Positions 25,225 to 34,246 of a stretch of 64,000 bases of DNA are shown piece by piece (the stretch's first letter is position 1; every line of letters starts with the position of its first letter). A model generated the notes under the pieces. That model was not told the DNA's origin and made no database searches. It worked only from the letters and a program-made list of their open reading frames with translations. Origin of the DNA: an uncultured Coriobacteriales bacterium (GTDB taxonomy: Bacteria; Actinomycetota; Coriobacteriia; Coriobacteriales; UMGS124). Where the stretch lies: assembly GCA_902464015.1 (NCBI GenBank), contig CABQHM010000001.1, forward strand, positions 91,244-155,243. Direction: 5' to 3'. The position numbers were made by a program, and so were the translations under genes.

Positions 25225-27588
25225 TTAGCGAACGCGACGAGCCAGATAGCAGTGATGGATGCGAGCGTTGCGCTCGAAGTCGCGCGGAATGGTGGAGGCG
25301 GTCACATCCTCGAGCTCGATGCCGGCCTTGTCGAGCTTCTCAAGGTCGGGCTCAAAACCGCGCAGGTTGCACGAGAAGATGATCGAGCCGGTGCGCGTGA
25401 GAAGGCGCGATGCGCCGATGATGAGCTCGGAGTGGTCGACCTGCACGTCAAAGCCGCGCTTGTGCATGCGCGCGGAGTTGGAGAACGTCGGCGGGTCGAT
25501 GTAGATGAGGTCCCAGCGGTTGCCGGTGCGGCGCTGCTGCGAGATCCACGGCATGACGTCGGCCTGCACGTACTCGTGCATGGGGCCGGAGAAGCCGTTC
25601 TGCTCCATGTTGCGCTGCGCCCACGCCAGATAGGTCTTGCTCATGTCCACCGTGGTGGTCTGATATGCGTCACCCGCAGCCGCATAACAGCTGGCAGCGC
25701 CGGTGTAGGCAAACAGGTTGAGGAACCGCACGCGGCTCGAGCGCTCGGCGATCATCGAGCGCACGATGCGGTGGTCGAGGAAGAGACCGGTGTCGAGGTA
25801 GTCGGAGAAGTTGACCTCAAAGAGCAGGCCGCCCTCCTCGACAAGGGCCGTGCGGCCCTGACGGACGCGCTCGGAGTACTGCGAGCCGCCCTTGGAGTGG
25901 CGGCGCACCTTGAGGAAGACGTTCTCGGGATCGACGCCGAGCACGCGCGGCGTGATGGCGAGCGCGTCGGCCAAACGGCGCTGGGCCAGGTTCTGGTCGA
26001 TGCCGCGAGGAGCGGCGTACTCGCTCATGACAACCCAACGACCAGGCGTGATGTCGCTTCCCTGGTAGAGGTCGATGCTCACCGCGTAATCGGGCAGATC
26101 GGCGTCATAGATGCGGTAGCAGCTGATGTTCTCCCTGCGGGCCCACTTGCCTGCAGCCTTGGCGGCCTTGTGCAGGCGCGCCGCAAACTGGTCGGAAGCA
26201 GGCACGAGCACGTCGATCTGGCCGGCGTCACCGGGAAGGTCGATGGTATGGAAGAGCTGCGGGGCAGGTGCGGCCTGGGCGGCACGGGAACCCTCGAGGG
26301 CCTCGCCCTCAGACTGGGAAGCGTCCTCGTCCTTGGCGCCGGCCGCGGCCTTCTGCACCATGGCGCGGGCAGCCTGGGCGGCGCTGGGGAAGACGAGGAT
26401 GGAGGCGTCGTCCTTGCCGTTGATGACGTTGCACACAACCTCGGGCTCGATGGAGAGCGTGCGCTGGAGGATGTCGGTGGTGACGAGGGCCGCAAGGGGC
26501 GCCTCGGCCAGCTGCTCGCCACGGGTGAGGGCCGCCATGGCCGCCAGGCGGGCAGGCAGGTCGCCCATGAGGCCCACGATGCCCTCGTCGGGCAGGGCAC
26601 ACACCACGACGGGGTCGCTCAGGCGCTCCTCCCCCAGGTCGAGCACGGCGGGGCCACAGGCCTGGACGTCGAGCAGGCCGTCGACACCGGCGCGCTTGGC
26701 CATGTCGGCGAGCTCCACGCGTGCCGCGGGGTCGGTGCAGGCAACGCTCACGCGCACGCCGCATGCGCGCCCCGCCTCAAAGCGGGCCTGGGCGTCGCGC
26801 AGGATCTCGTCCCATGCCTGGGCGTCATGGCCGAGCCAGCCGGTGAAGCCCCAGTAGCGCTTTACGAGGCGCGGAGCGCGGTCGGCGGCGATGCATGCGG
26901 CCTCGACGTCGAGCGCGGGCGAGGTGCCGAGCGGGTCGACGAGATGGGCGCGGTTGTTGCGACGGCAGACCTTGGTCCAATCTGCCAGGCTGAGCAGCAG
27001 GTCGGCCATGTCCTCGCGCACGAAACCCGCACGGCCAGAGGCGACGCGGCCGCGGGAAGGCACGCGATACCCATGGTCGATGAGCGAGCCGCCGCCCAGG
27101 TCGAGCGAGAAGAGCGTCTTGTTGGCACGCACGGTGGCCACAATGCGCACATCGGGACGGTCGACGTCAACGAAGGGGCGGCTGCCGCGCAGCTCGCGCA
27201 GACGGTCGCAGATGGCATCCTTCACGCGCAGGGTCGCAAAGCGCATGTCGCGCACGCCGTCGTTGCCGCCGCGCGCCTCAACGGCGATGGTGGCGTTCTC
27301 GCCGACGTGGCGCTCCCACGGGAACGCCTTTGCGGCCTCGTACAGCTCGTCGATGCTTGCCACGGGGTAGCGCCCCAAGACGAGCGTGACACGGCTTGCC
27401 AAGCGCGCCCACAGGCATACCCGATACGCGCAGGCAAGATCGCCGTAAAACGAGACGCTGCCGCGCAGGGGCCTGATGCGACGCGCACCCAGCCCATGGA
27501 GCTCCTGGGCGAGCGGCTCCTCGAAGCCTGCGGGACACAGTGCCGCGAACTCAAGCTCGGCGGCGGTATTGTCGATGTCGGTGCCCAT
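25225..27588 (-). CDS. rlmL: Bifunctional 23S rRNA methyltransferase RlmKL-like (THUMP + two SAM-MTase domains)
   Basis: N-terminal THUMP-type region (LCPAGFEEPLAQEL..RV..) and C-terminal LNLFAYTGAASCYAA..DLIYIDPPTF (class I MTase with DPP[FY] motif). The 787-aa length is typical. Confidence 0.8.
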   Translation of the reverse strand: MGTDIDNTAAELEFAALCPAGFEEPLAQELHGLGARRIRPLRGSVSFYGDLACAYRVCLWARLASRVTLVLGRYPVASIDELYEAAKAFPWERHVGENATIAVEARGGNDGVRDMRFATLRVKDAICDRLRELRGSRPFVDVDRPDVRIVATVRANKTLFSLDLGGGSLIDHGYRVPSRGRVASGRAGFVREDMADLLLSLADWTKVCRRNNRAHLVDPLGTSPALDVEAACIAADRAPRLVKRYWGFTGWLGHDAQAWDEILRDAQARFEAGRACGVRVSVACTDPAARVELADMAKRAGVDGLLDVQACGPAVLDLGEERLSDPVVVCALPDEGIVGLMGDLPARLAAMAALTRGEQLAEAPLAALVTTDILQRTLSIEPEVVCNVINGKDDASILVFPSAAQAARAMVQKAAAGAKDEDASQSEGEALEGSRAAQAAPAPQLFHTIDLPGDAGQIDVLVPASDQFAARLHKAAKAAGKWARRENISCYRIYDADLPDYAVSIDLYQGSDITPGRWVVMSEYAAPRGIDQNLAQRRLADALAITPRVLGVDPENVFLKVRRHSKGGSQYSERVRQGRTALVEEGGLLFEVNFSDYLDTGLFLDHRIVRSMIAERSSRVRFLNLFAYTGAASCYAAAGDAYQTTTVDMSKTYLAWAQRNMEQNGFSGPMHEYVQADVMPWISQQRRTGNRWDLIYIDPPTFSNSARMHKRGFDVQVDHSELIIGASRLLTRTGSIIFSCNLRGFEPDLEKLDKAGIELEDVTASTIPRDFERNARIHHCYLARRVR

Positions 27589-27605
27589 AAGCGTAGGGTC
27601 CTTCC

Positions 27606-28718
27606 TTACTCTCGAGACCCGGACGGGTCGTAGAAACTCTCCAGGCCATAGGCCTGGGCAAAATCAAAGTCTTCAAAATCCTCGTCGTCATCATCGGCGT
27701 CATGGACCTGGTTGCAAGCGTTGTCATGATCGTGGTTATGGCCGCAACCGCATGCATCGCCACCCGCGTGTCCATGCTCCTCGTCCTCGTCAAAATCAGA
27801 GGTACCCAGGGCCGACCAGTCCAGGCCATGGCTGGCACAGGTCTGCTCGTCCTCATACATGAGGGCAACAGCCTGCGTGCCGAGTTTGCCTGCACCGATC
27901 GCGGAAAGCACGCCATAGAGGTCGCGAGCCGTGTCAACACCAGGAAGCGTGAGTTCCATGGACTCGGCTGCCTGCTCGATAAGGTCGATGTCCTTCACGT
28001 AGTGGTCGACGGTGAAGCCGGGCGCATAGTCACCCGCGAGCACCTTGGGCCCAAAGGTCGAAAGCGCCTTGGAATCGGCCATGCCACCAGCGAGGGCGTC
28101 GAGGGTCTGAGCGAGGTCAAGGCCGGCCTGCTTAGCAAAGGCGAGACCCTCGGCAAAGCCTACCATTGCGCCGGCGAGCGCCGTCTGGTTGGCGAGCTTG
28201 GCAAGCTGACCCTTGCCAGCCGCACCAAAACACACGATTTTCGAGCCCATGCAGGCAAGCACGTCGCGCACGCCGGCGAGCGTCTCGGCGTCGGTGCCAC
28301 AGAAGATGGTGAGCGTGCCTGCCGCCGCACCCTGGGGGCCGCCCGTGACAGGGGCGTCGAAGGCATGCTTGCCGGAGAGCTCGGCGACCTCGGAGATGTC
28401 GCGTGCGAGCTGCGGGGAGGACGTGGTCATGTCGATGAGGTAGGCGCCGGGCGCACTGACCTCGAGAATGCCGTCGTGACTCAGGTAGAGGTCCTCAACA
28501 TCGGAGGGAGTGCCCACCATGGTGATGACGACGTCGGCATCGCGCACGGCAGAGGCGACGTCGGGGGCAAGCTGGGCCCCGCGGGCAACGAGGGGGGTGC
28601 ACTTTTCGGGAGTGCGATTGAATACGCGCAGCTCATGGCCAGCGTCGATGAGGTGGCCCGCCATAGCGGCCCCCATCGTGCCGCAGCCGATGAAAGCTAT
28701 CGTGCGCTTTGAGGTCAT
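27606..28718 (-). CDS. NAD(P)-dependent 3-hydroxyisobutyrate/2-hydroxy-3-oxopropionate-reductase-family dehydrogenase with an ~80-aa His/Cys/Asp-rich C-terminal tail
   Basis: IAFIGCGTMGAAMAGHL Rossmann motif, DAPVTGG, GAAGKGQLAKLANQ. Tail: EHGHAGGDACGCGHNHDHDNACNQVHDADDDDEDFEDFDF. ATG at 28718. Confidence 0.75.
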   Translation of the reverse strand: MTSKRTIAFIGCGTMGAAMAGHLIDAGHELRVFNRTPEKCTPLVARGAQLAPDVASAVRDADVVITMVGTPSDVEDLYLSHDGILEVSAPGAYLIDMTTSSPQLARDISEVAELSGKHAFDAPVTGGPQGAAAGTLTIFCGTDAETLAGVRDVLACMGSKIVCFGAAGKGQLAKLANQTALAGAMVGFAEGLAFAKQAGLDLAQTLDALAGGMADSKALSTFGPKVLAGDYAPGFTVDHYVKDIDLIEQAAESMELTLPGVDTARDLYGVLSAIGAGKLGTQAVALMYEDEQTCASHGLDWSALGTSDFDEDEEHGHAGGDACGCGHNHDHDNACNQVHDADDDDEDFEDFDFAQAYGLESFYDPSGSRE

Positions 28719-28772
28719 GGATGTCCTTTCACAGTCGAGGCGCCCGCAGGCGCCCCGTCGAAACAACGTGTG

Positions 28773-29711
28773 TTATCGCTTGGATGCCCGCGCGTCCTGC
28801 GCACGGTCGGTGCCCCAGAAGGCCAAGGCCACCATTCCGGGACCGACATGGCCGCCGATAGTGGGGTCGAGCGTGAAGCGCTGTATGGAGGGGCAGGCAT
28901 CGCCCAGCTCGGCGCGTACCATCTCCTCGACCGCTTCGGCCGCCTCGGTATCGTCGGCGTCGACGATACCGATCATGTGCTCGGCATCACCGCGATAGAA
29001 CTCCTTGAACTTCTTCACGAGACCCTTGAGCGCCTTCTTGCGACCGCGCGACACGCCCGTCAGTGTGAGCGAGCCGTCGAGGCCATACGTAAGGTCGGCC
29101 TTCATGTCGAGCACAGCGGAGACGGACGCAGCCGCCTTGGGCACGCGGCCGCCGGCAACGAGCCAATCGAGCGACTCGAGGGTGAAGTAGCCGTGGATGC
29201 GATGCTTGTTGGCCTCAACCCACTCGACGATCTCGCACATCGTCTTGCCCTCGTCGCGCAGCTTGCATGCCGCTTGGCACAGAAGGGTCGCCGTGAGGGA
29301 AGGAGCGCAGGAGTCAATGACCGCAAGGTCGAAATCCGGGTGCTCGTCCTTCAAAAGGTACGCGGCCTGGCGAGCGTCGTTCACCGAGCTCGAAAGGCCA
29401 CCGGTAAGCGAAAGGTACATCGTGGGCACGCCGTCTTCGGCGCAGGCGCGGAAGATTTCCACGAACTCGCCCGTGGGCACGGCGCTCGTCAAGACGCGCT
29501 CGCCGGCGCGCATCCTATCGTAGAACTCCTTGACCCCTATCGACTTGTACTGGTCATCCCAATGCTGGCCGTCGGCCATGACAAAGGGGAACTCCACCAC
29601 ATCGACGCCCATGCGCTCGGCAAGCTCATCGGTGACAGCGGAGGTGGAGTCGAGGATGATGCGACAGGCGGGATGGGTCGAGAACGTCTTGAAGTGCGAC
29701 ACAGCTGCCAT
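28773..29711 (-). CDS. DegV-family fatty-acid-binding protein
   Basis: ILDSTSAVTDEL, LTSAVPTGEF, YLSLTGGLSSS and IGGHVGPG. The start is ATG 29711 or ATG 29732. Confidence 0.8.
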   Translation of the reverse strand: MAAVSHFKTFSTHPACRIILDSTSAVTDELAERMGVDVVEFPFVMADGQHWDDQYKSIGVKEFYDRMRAGERVLTSAVPTGEFVEIFRACAEDGVPTMYLSLTGGLSSSVNDARQAAYLLKDEHPDFDLAVIDSCAPSLTATLLCQAACKLRDEGKTMCEIVEWVEANKHRIHGYFTLESLDWLVAGGRVPKAAASVSAVLDMKADLTYGLDGSLTLTGVSRGRKKALKGLVKKFKEFYRGDAEHMIGIVDADDTEAAEAVEEMVRAELGDACPSIQRFTLDPTIGGHVGPGMVALAFWGTDRAQDARASKR

Positions 29712-29783
29712 AGGGCACCTTTCATGAAACAAGGCGGGGCGACCACGCAGGCCGCCCCGCCCGAAACTCGATTGACTTGCCTG

Positions 29784-30377
29784 TTACTGAGCCATCGCGG
29801 GCGCGGGGGCAATCGGCTTCAGGATACCGAAGCCGCCGTCCTTGCGACGGTAGATGACGTTGACGTCGCCCGTGTCCTTGTTGGTGAACACGAAGAAGTC
29901 GTGGCCGAGCAGATCGGTCTGGAGCAGGGCCTGGTCGACGGAGAGCTCGGTGAACTCGATGAGCTTCTCGCGCAGAATCTCCTCGGAGTCCTCCTCAACC
30001 GCGGGCTCAGCAGGCTGCTCGATGAGGTCGGCAAGGTCAACCTCGCTGGCGGGCGCAGGAGCGGCGCCGCGCTGACGACGGTCGACGACGCGCGTCTTGT
30101 ACTTGCGCAGCTGGCGGGAAACGCGGTCGGCTGCAAGGTCGATGGCGGCGTACATGTCCACAGCGGCCTCGCTGACACGCACGACGGCGCCCTTCACACG
30201 CACGGTGACCTCAACGACCTGGGGAACCGGGTTGGACGGGTTGTGCTCGACGCGCAGCACGGTCTCGGCTTCCATAGGCATATCAAGCACGTTGGTGGCA
30301 GCCTGGAGCTTTTCCTCGACGTAAGAACGCATGGCAGCGGTGACTTCGATGCCACGACCGGTGACGGTGATGTTCAT
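29784..30377 (-). CDS. hpf: Ribosome hibernation-promoting factor (long HPF)
   Basis: MNITVTGRGIEVTAAMRSYVEEKL, AAIDLAADRVSRQLRKYK and C-terminal dimerisation domain DFFVFTNKDTGDVNVIYRRKDGGFGIL. ATG at 30377. Confidence 0.9.
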   Translation of the reverse strand: MNITVTGRGIEVTAAMRSYVEEKLQAATNVLDMPMEAETVLRVEHNPSNPVPQVVEVTVRVKGAVVRVSEAAVDMYAAIDLAADRVSRQLRKYKTRVVDRRQRGAAPAPASEVDLADLIEQPAEPAVEEDSEEILREKLIEFTELSVDQALLQTDLLGHDFFVFTNKDTGDVNVIYRRKDGGFGILKPIAPAPAMAQ

Positions 30378-30499
30378 ACTCGCTCCTATCTCTCGACTTA
30401 CTGGATGGCCAAAGCATACCCCATCTTTGACAGAATATGTTCGTGACTGCGGCAAATGGTGGCAGATAGAAAGCGGCCGTTTTGTCACCAGGGGCGCGA

Positions 30500-31450
30500 T
30501 TACTCCTCGCCCTCGCCCTCCTGGGACTCCTCGGCCGCAGCCGCATCGGCAGCCGCCTGCGCGGCCTGGGCGTCGGCGTACTGCTGGGCAACGCCGTTGA
30601 TGACGAGCTGGTTGGACGAGGAGATGGTGGCGAGGTCGCCGACCCAACGCTTGCGGATGGCGCTGAGCTCACCGGAAGAGGTAAGCGCGTCGAACGCCGA
30701 GGTAACCGCGGAGGGCAGGCTCGTGTTGGTGGCGGCGATGGCCACACCGCGCGCATCGGCCAGGTAGAAGGCAGCGGCCAGGCTGATGTCGGAATAGCCC
30801 ATGGCCAAATAGCCGCCCATGAACGAGTCGCACGCCACATAGGCCACACCGCCCGACTCAAGCGCCGCAAAGGCGTCGTTGAGCGTGGAGAAGCCGCTGA
30901 GCTGGGCGCCGGGGGCCGCCTGCTGGGTGGCGCGGGCGCTCGCGGAGTCGTTCTGCACGCCGACCGTGGCACCCTCGAGGTCGGTGTCAGAAAGCGTCCC
31001 GGAGAAGTTGCGGGCAAAGACGGCAGGTGCCGACTCGGCATAGTTGCCCACGAGGACCTCGCTGCCGGGCAGCGTGGAGGTGCTCACTCCCATGGCAATG
31101 TCGCACGTGCCGCCCGCGGCGCCGTTGTAGGTGGCGCCGACGTTGACGAACTTGACCTCGCAGCCCAGCTGCGTGCCCAGGGCAAGGGCCACGTCGACGT
31201 CGATGCCCTGTAGGCGGGTGCCGTCGGAAGTGGGCCAGCAATAAGGGGCGTTGGAGGTGTTGACGCCCACCGTGAGGACGCCCTGCTCAAGCGTTGCGCC
31301 CGCCGGCAGACTCGAGACCTGCTTGACGTTGCCCAGAGCCTCCTGGGTGGATGGGTAGTTTGCGCAACCCGTGCACAGGGCCGCCAGGCCCATCGCCGCA
31401 GCCGCACCCAACCCCGCCACAAAACGGCGGCGCGTCATCGTCTGGTACAT
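30500..31450 (-). CDS. ABC transporter substrate-binding lipoprotein, family 3 (polar amino acids), Tat-type signal, acidic C-terminal tail
   Basis: MTRRRFVAGLGAAAAMGLAALCTGC (twin-Arg + lipobox), LTVGVNTSNAPY, GIDVDVA. No cognate permease or ATPase is adjacent. Confidence 0.75.
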   Translation of the reverse strand: MYQTMTRRRFVAGLGAAAAMGLAALCTGCANYPSTQEALGNVKQVSSLPAGATLEQGVLTVGVNTSNAPYCWPTSDGTRLQGIDVDVALALGTQLGCEVKFVNVGATYNGAAGGTCDIAMGVSTSTLPGSEVLVGNYAESAPAVFARNFSGTLSDTDLEGATVGVQNDSASARATQQAAPGAQLSGFSTLNDAFAALESGGVAYVACDSFMGGYLAMGYSDISLAAAFYLADARGVAIAATNTSLPSAVTSAFDALTSSGELSAIRKRWVGDLATISSSNQLVINGVAQQYADAQAAQAAADAAAAEESQEGEGEE

Positions 31451-31831
31451 CTTCGCAGGCTCCTGCCTCATCAGGGGGCGCACCAGGCGCGCCCCAACTT
31501 GCTTGTCAAGCGTTCCCCTCGCCTGACCTGGTATTTGACCCCACACTCGCGTGCTGGGACTTTCGCTACGGACGCCACGGCGCCCTCACTGGAGGCCCTC
31601 TCGCCCGCGGGGCTGTTTGCCCTCAAAGTATACGGGCGGCACGACTTACTTCTAGGACGCGCCATGCTCACCCCCGCGCGCACGCGGGTGGCTTACGTGG
31701 ATCCTTTTGGCCGCGTTTGCCTTGGACTAAGGTTCGCCCCCGCAGGGGCTCCCCCGCAACCACAGACACGAGGAGAACCTGCTTAGCATACCAAAGCCCG
31801 ATGTGTCCTGCGCGCGTCGTATACTTACGGC

Positions 31832-33073
31832 ATGGAAAAGATTGCTTCGGACATACACACAACATGGCAGGGCAGAGCCGTGGGGCTTCTCGACCTCGAC
31901 GCGTTCTTCGCCTCAGTGGAGGTGCTCGACCACCCAGAGTGGCGGGGCCTCCCCCTCATTGTGGGCGGCGACGCCGACAAGCGCGGCGTCGTGTCCACAT
32001 GCTCTTACGAGGCGCGCGAGTTTGGCGTGCACTCGGCCATGCCCTCTGCGCAGGCAAAGCGCCTGTGCCCCGACGCCATTTGGGTGCAGGGCCGCCACAA
32101 ACGCTACAACGAGGTGTCCCGCCAGGTGATGGGCCTCATCCTCGACGAGACGCCCTACATGGAGCAGATGAGCGTGGACGAGGCATACTTCGACGTGACG
32201 CCGGGGCGTTTCTCGTGCACCGACCCGGTCGAGGTCTGCGCCCGCATCAGCGCGGCCGTGCAGCGCCTGGGCATCACATGCTCAATCGGGCTCTCCACCA
32301 GCAAGACGGTGAGCAAGATTGCAAGCGAACGCAACAAGCCCAACGGCACAACGGTGGTGTACCCCGGCTGCGAGGCCGACTTCTTGGCCCCCATGGGCGT
32401 GCGGGCCCTGCCGGGCGTGGGGCCGCAGACCGCCGCCACGCTCGAGCGGCTCGGCATACGCACGCTCGGAGCCCTGGCACAGGCCGACACGGCAACCCTG
32501 GCGCAACTGGGCAGCGTGGGCACATCGCTTGCCGCACGGGCGCGTGGCATCGACCCCTCCCCCGTGCAAGACTACTCCCTGCGCGCAGAAACCAAGAGCG
32601 TGTCGAGCGAGCGCACGTTTGTCCACGACCTCACAGGGGCCGAGGAGGTCCGCGACGCCCTGGCGTCGGTGTGCGCGCAGACAGCGCGTCGCCTTCGCGC
32701 AAAGGGACTCAAAGGCCGCTGCGTGTGCGTGAAATGCTGCCAGGAGTTCGGGCACACACGCACGGCGCAGCAGACACTGGAGCGACGTGTGGATGACGAG
32801 CACGACATCCTCCCCGTTGCCTGGGAGCTCCTGGGCCAGCTCTGGCGCCCCGGCGAGCACGTGAGACTTTTAGGTGTAGGGGTGTCAAACTGGCAGGAAA
32901 GTCTGCAGCAGGCAAGCCTCTTTGACGATGTGGAGCAGCTCGACCACGAACGCGAGCGACGCGAGAAGATTGCAGGCACAAAGGATGCACTGCGCGGAAA
33001 GTTCGGCGACGGGGTGCTCATGAGCGGCTCCGAGCTGCGGATGCGCCGAAGAACGCAAGACGGGCAGGCGTAG
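31832..33073 (+). CDS. dinB: DNA polymerase IV (Y-family)
   Basis: LLDLDAFFASVE, PLIVGG, VVSTCSYEAREFGV, MSVDEAYFD and SIGLSTSK. Confidence 0.9.
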   Translation: MEKIASDIHTTWQGRAVGLLDLDAFFASVEVLDHPEWRGLPLIVGGDADKRGVVSTCSYEAREFGVHSAMPSAQAKRLCPDAIWVQGRHKRYNEVSRQVMGLILDETPYMEQMSVDEAYFDVTPGRFSCTDPVEVCARISAAVQRLGITCSIGLSTSKTVSKIASERNKPNGTTVVYPGCEADFLAPMGVRALPGVGPQTAATLERLGIRTLGALAQADTATLAQLGSVGTSLAARARGIDPSPVQDYSLRAETKSVSSERTFVHDLTGAEEVRDALASVCAQTARRLRAKGLKGRCVCVKCCQEFGHTRTAQQTLERRVDDEHDILPVAWELLGQLWRPGEHVRLLGVGVSNWQESLQQASLFDDVEQLDHERERREKIAGTKDALRGKFGDGVLMSGSELRMRRRTQDGQA

Positions 33074-33093
33074 CGGTCGAGCAGCCCTGGGCT

Positions 33094-33180
33094 GGCTGGC
33101 CCGCCCAGGCGCGGGCGAAAACAGGGCGCCGGGGCGCCATCGGGCCGCAGGGCGGCTAGCCCGCCCAGGCGCGGGCGAAA
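33094..33180. repeat. 60-bp-spaced direct repeat duplicating the 3' end of comF
   Basis: GGCT[G/A]GCCCGCCCAGGCGCGGGCGAAA at 33094-33120 and 33154-33180, 27 bp with 1 mismatch. The mismatch creates the comF stop in the second copy. The repeat contains a GCCCGC/GCGGGC hairpin. Confidence 0.7.
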
Positions 33181-33968
33181 GTCAGGCCGAACACCCGCGC
33201 GGCGCCGCAGACCTTGAGGGCGCGCGCCGCCTCCCCCATGGTGGCGCCCGTCGTAAAGACATCGTCGACAAGCAGGATGGTTTGCCCATCGAGGTGATGG
33301 AGCACGGCAAACGTGCCCCGGACGTTCGCCGCTCGACCCAGGCGCCCCAGGTCACGCTGGTCCTTGAGGGACCGGCGCGCCAAAACGTCGTCAAGGGGGA
33401 CGCCGAGGAGGCCCGCAAGCTCTCGTGCCACCGCCTCCATGTGGTCAAAGCCGCGGCGGGCATATGCCTGCGGGGTACAGGGGACAAACGCGACGCAATC
33501 GAGCAAAGTGAGCTCCTGGGGCCAAGCCGCCCGCGCAGCCCGAGCCATCCCCTGCGCGATGAGCACGGCGAGCCGGCGCTCGCCGGCGTCCTTGTAGGCT
33601 CTCACCATGCGGTCGTGGGGCCACTCGAGCATAGCGTAGCTGCGCACACCGTCGAGCGAGGCGATGACGTCGGCGAGGCTTTCCTGGTCGGGCGCGGCGC
33701 CCCCTGCGTCCTCGTCGTCCTCGTCGTGCATCCGGCATGCGCATTCGGTGCACACGAGGCTGCCGAACGGCGCCCCGCACCGCGGGCATGCAAGGGCCTG
33801 GTCTATCTCCCAGAGGCGGGAGCGGCACTGGCTGCACAGGAGCTCCCCCATGGCATCGCATCCCACACACCGTGTGGGCCACAGCACCTCCTCCAACCCC
33901 GCACCGAGCGCTTTTGCTGCCGCGACCGCACCCGGGAAAAGGGCGCGTTTGCGCATACACCCGTCCAT
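33156..33968 (-). CDS. comF: ComF-family phosphoribosyltransferase-like protein (ComFC)
   Basis: Zinc-finger-like C..C pairs (CVGCDAMGELLCSQC, CPRCGAPFGSLVCTEC) and PRTase motif ILLVDDVFTTGAT. The start is uncertain (ATG 33968 or 33956). Confidence 0.7.
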   Translation of the reverse strand: MDGCMRKRALFPGAVAAAKALGAGLEEVLWPTRCVGCDAMGELLCSQCRSRLWEIDQALACPRCGAPFGSLVCTECACRMHDEDDEDAGGAAPDQESLADVIASLDGVRSYAMLEWPHDRMVRAYKDAGERRLAVLIAQGMARAARAAWPQELTLLDCVAFVPCTPQAYARRGFDHMEAVARELAGLLGVPLDDVLARRSLKDQRDLGRLGRAANVRGTFAVLHHLDGQTILLVDDVFTTGATMGEAARALKVCGAARVFGLTFARAWAG

Positions 33969-34246
33969 TCGCCTGCGGATGGGAACTCGCGTCTCCCATC
34001 TCCCCAACCTGACAAAGGGCATCGTATGCCGAGCAGGCGCCATGTGTCATGGAGCCCCCATGGATTTGAACCCAGAGGTCACGTAGACATAACAGGCCTG
34101 GTTAGATGGGCAAAATTAGGCTCTTCGGACAGGTGAAACTGACCCGCAAACAAGCGAACGGTGACACAAAGGCCCGCCCGGCACGTACATGCTCGAGCGG
34201 GCCAGACATTGACCGGCATATGTGCTGGGGTCGCACCGAGGCGACC

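Noticed and set aside
31451-31831. Searched the dinB upstream region for a LexA/SOS operator (Cheo-type GAAC-N4-GTTC or actinobacterial TCGAAC-N4-GTTCGA).
   Set aside because: No such palindrome is present. The only GAAC (GAGAACCTGCTTAGC) lacks the partner half-site. There are several GC hairpins but nothing I can assign.
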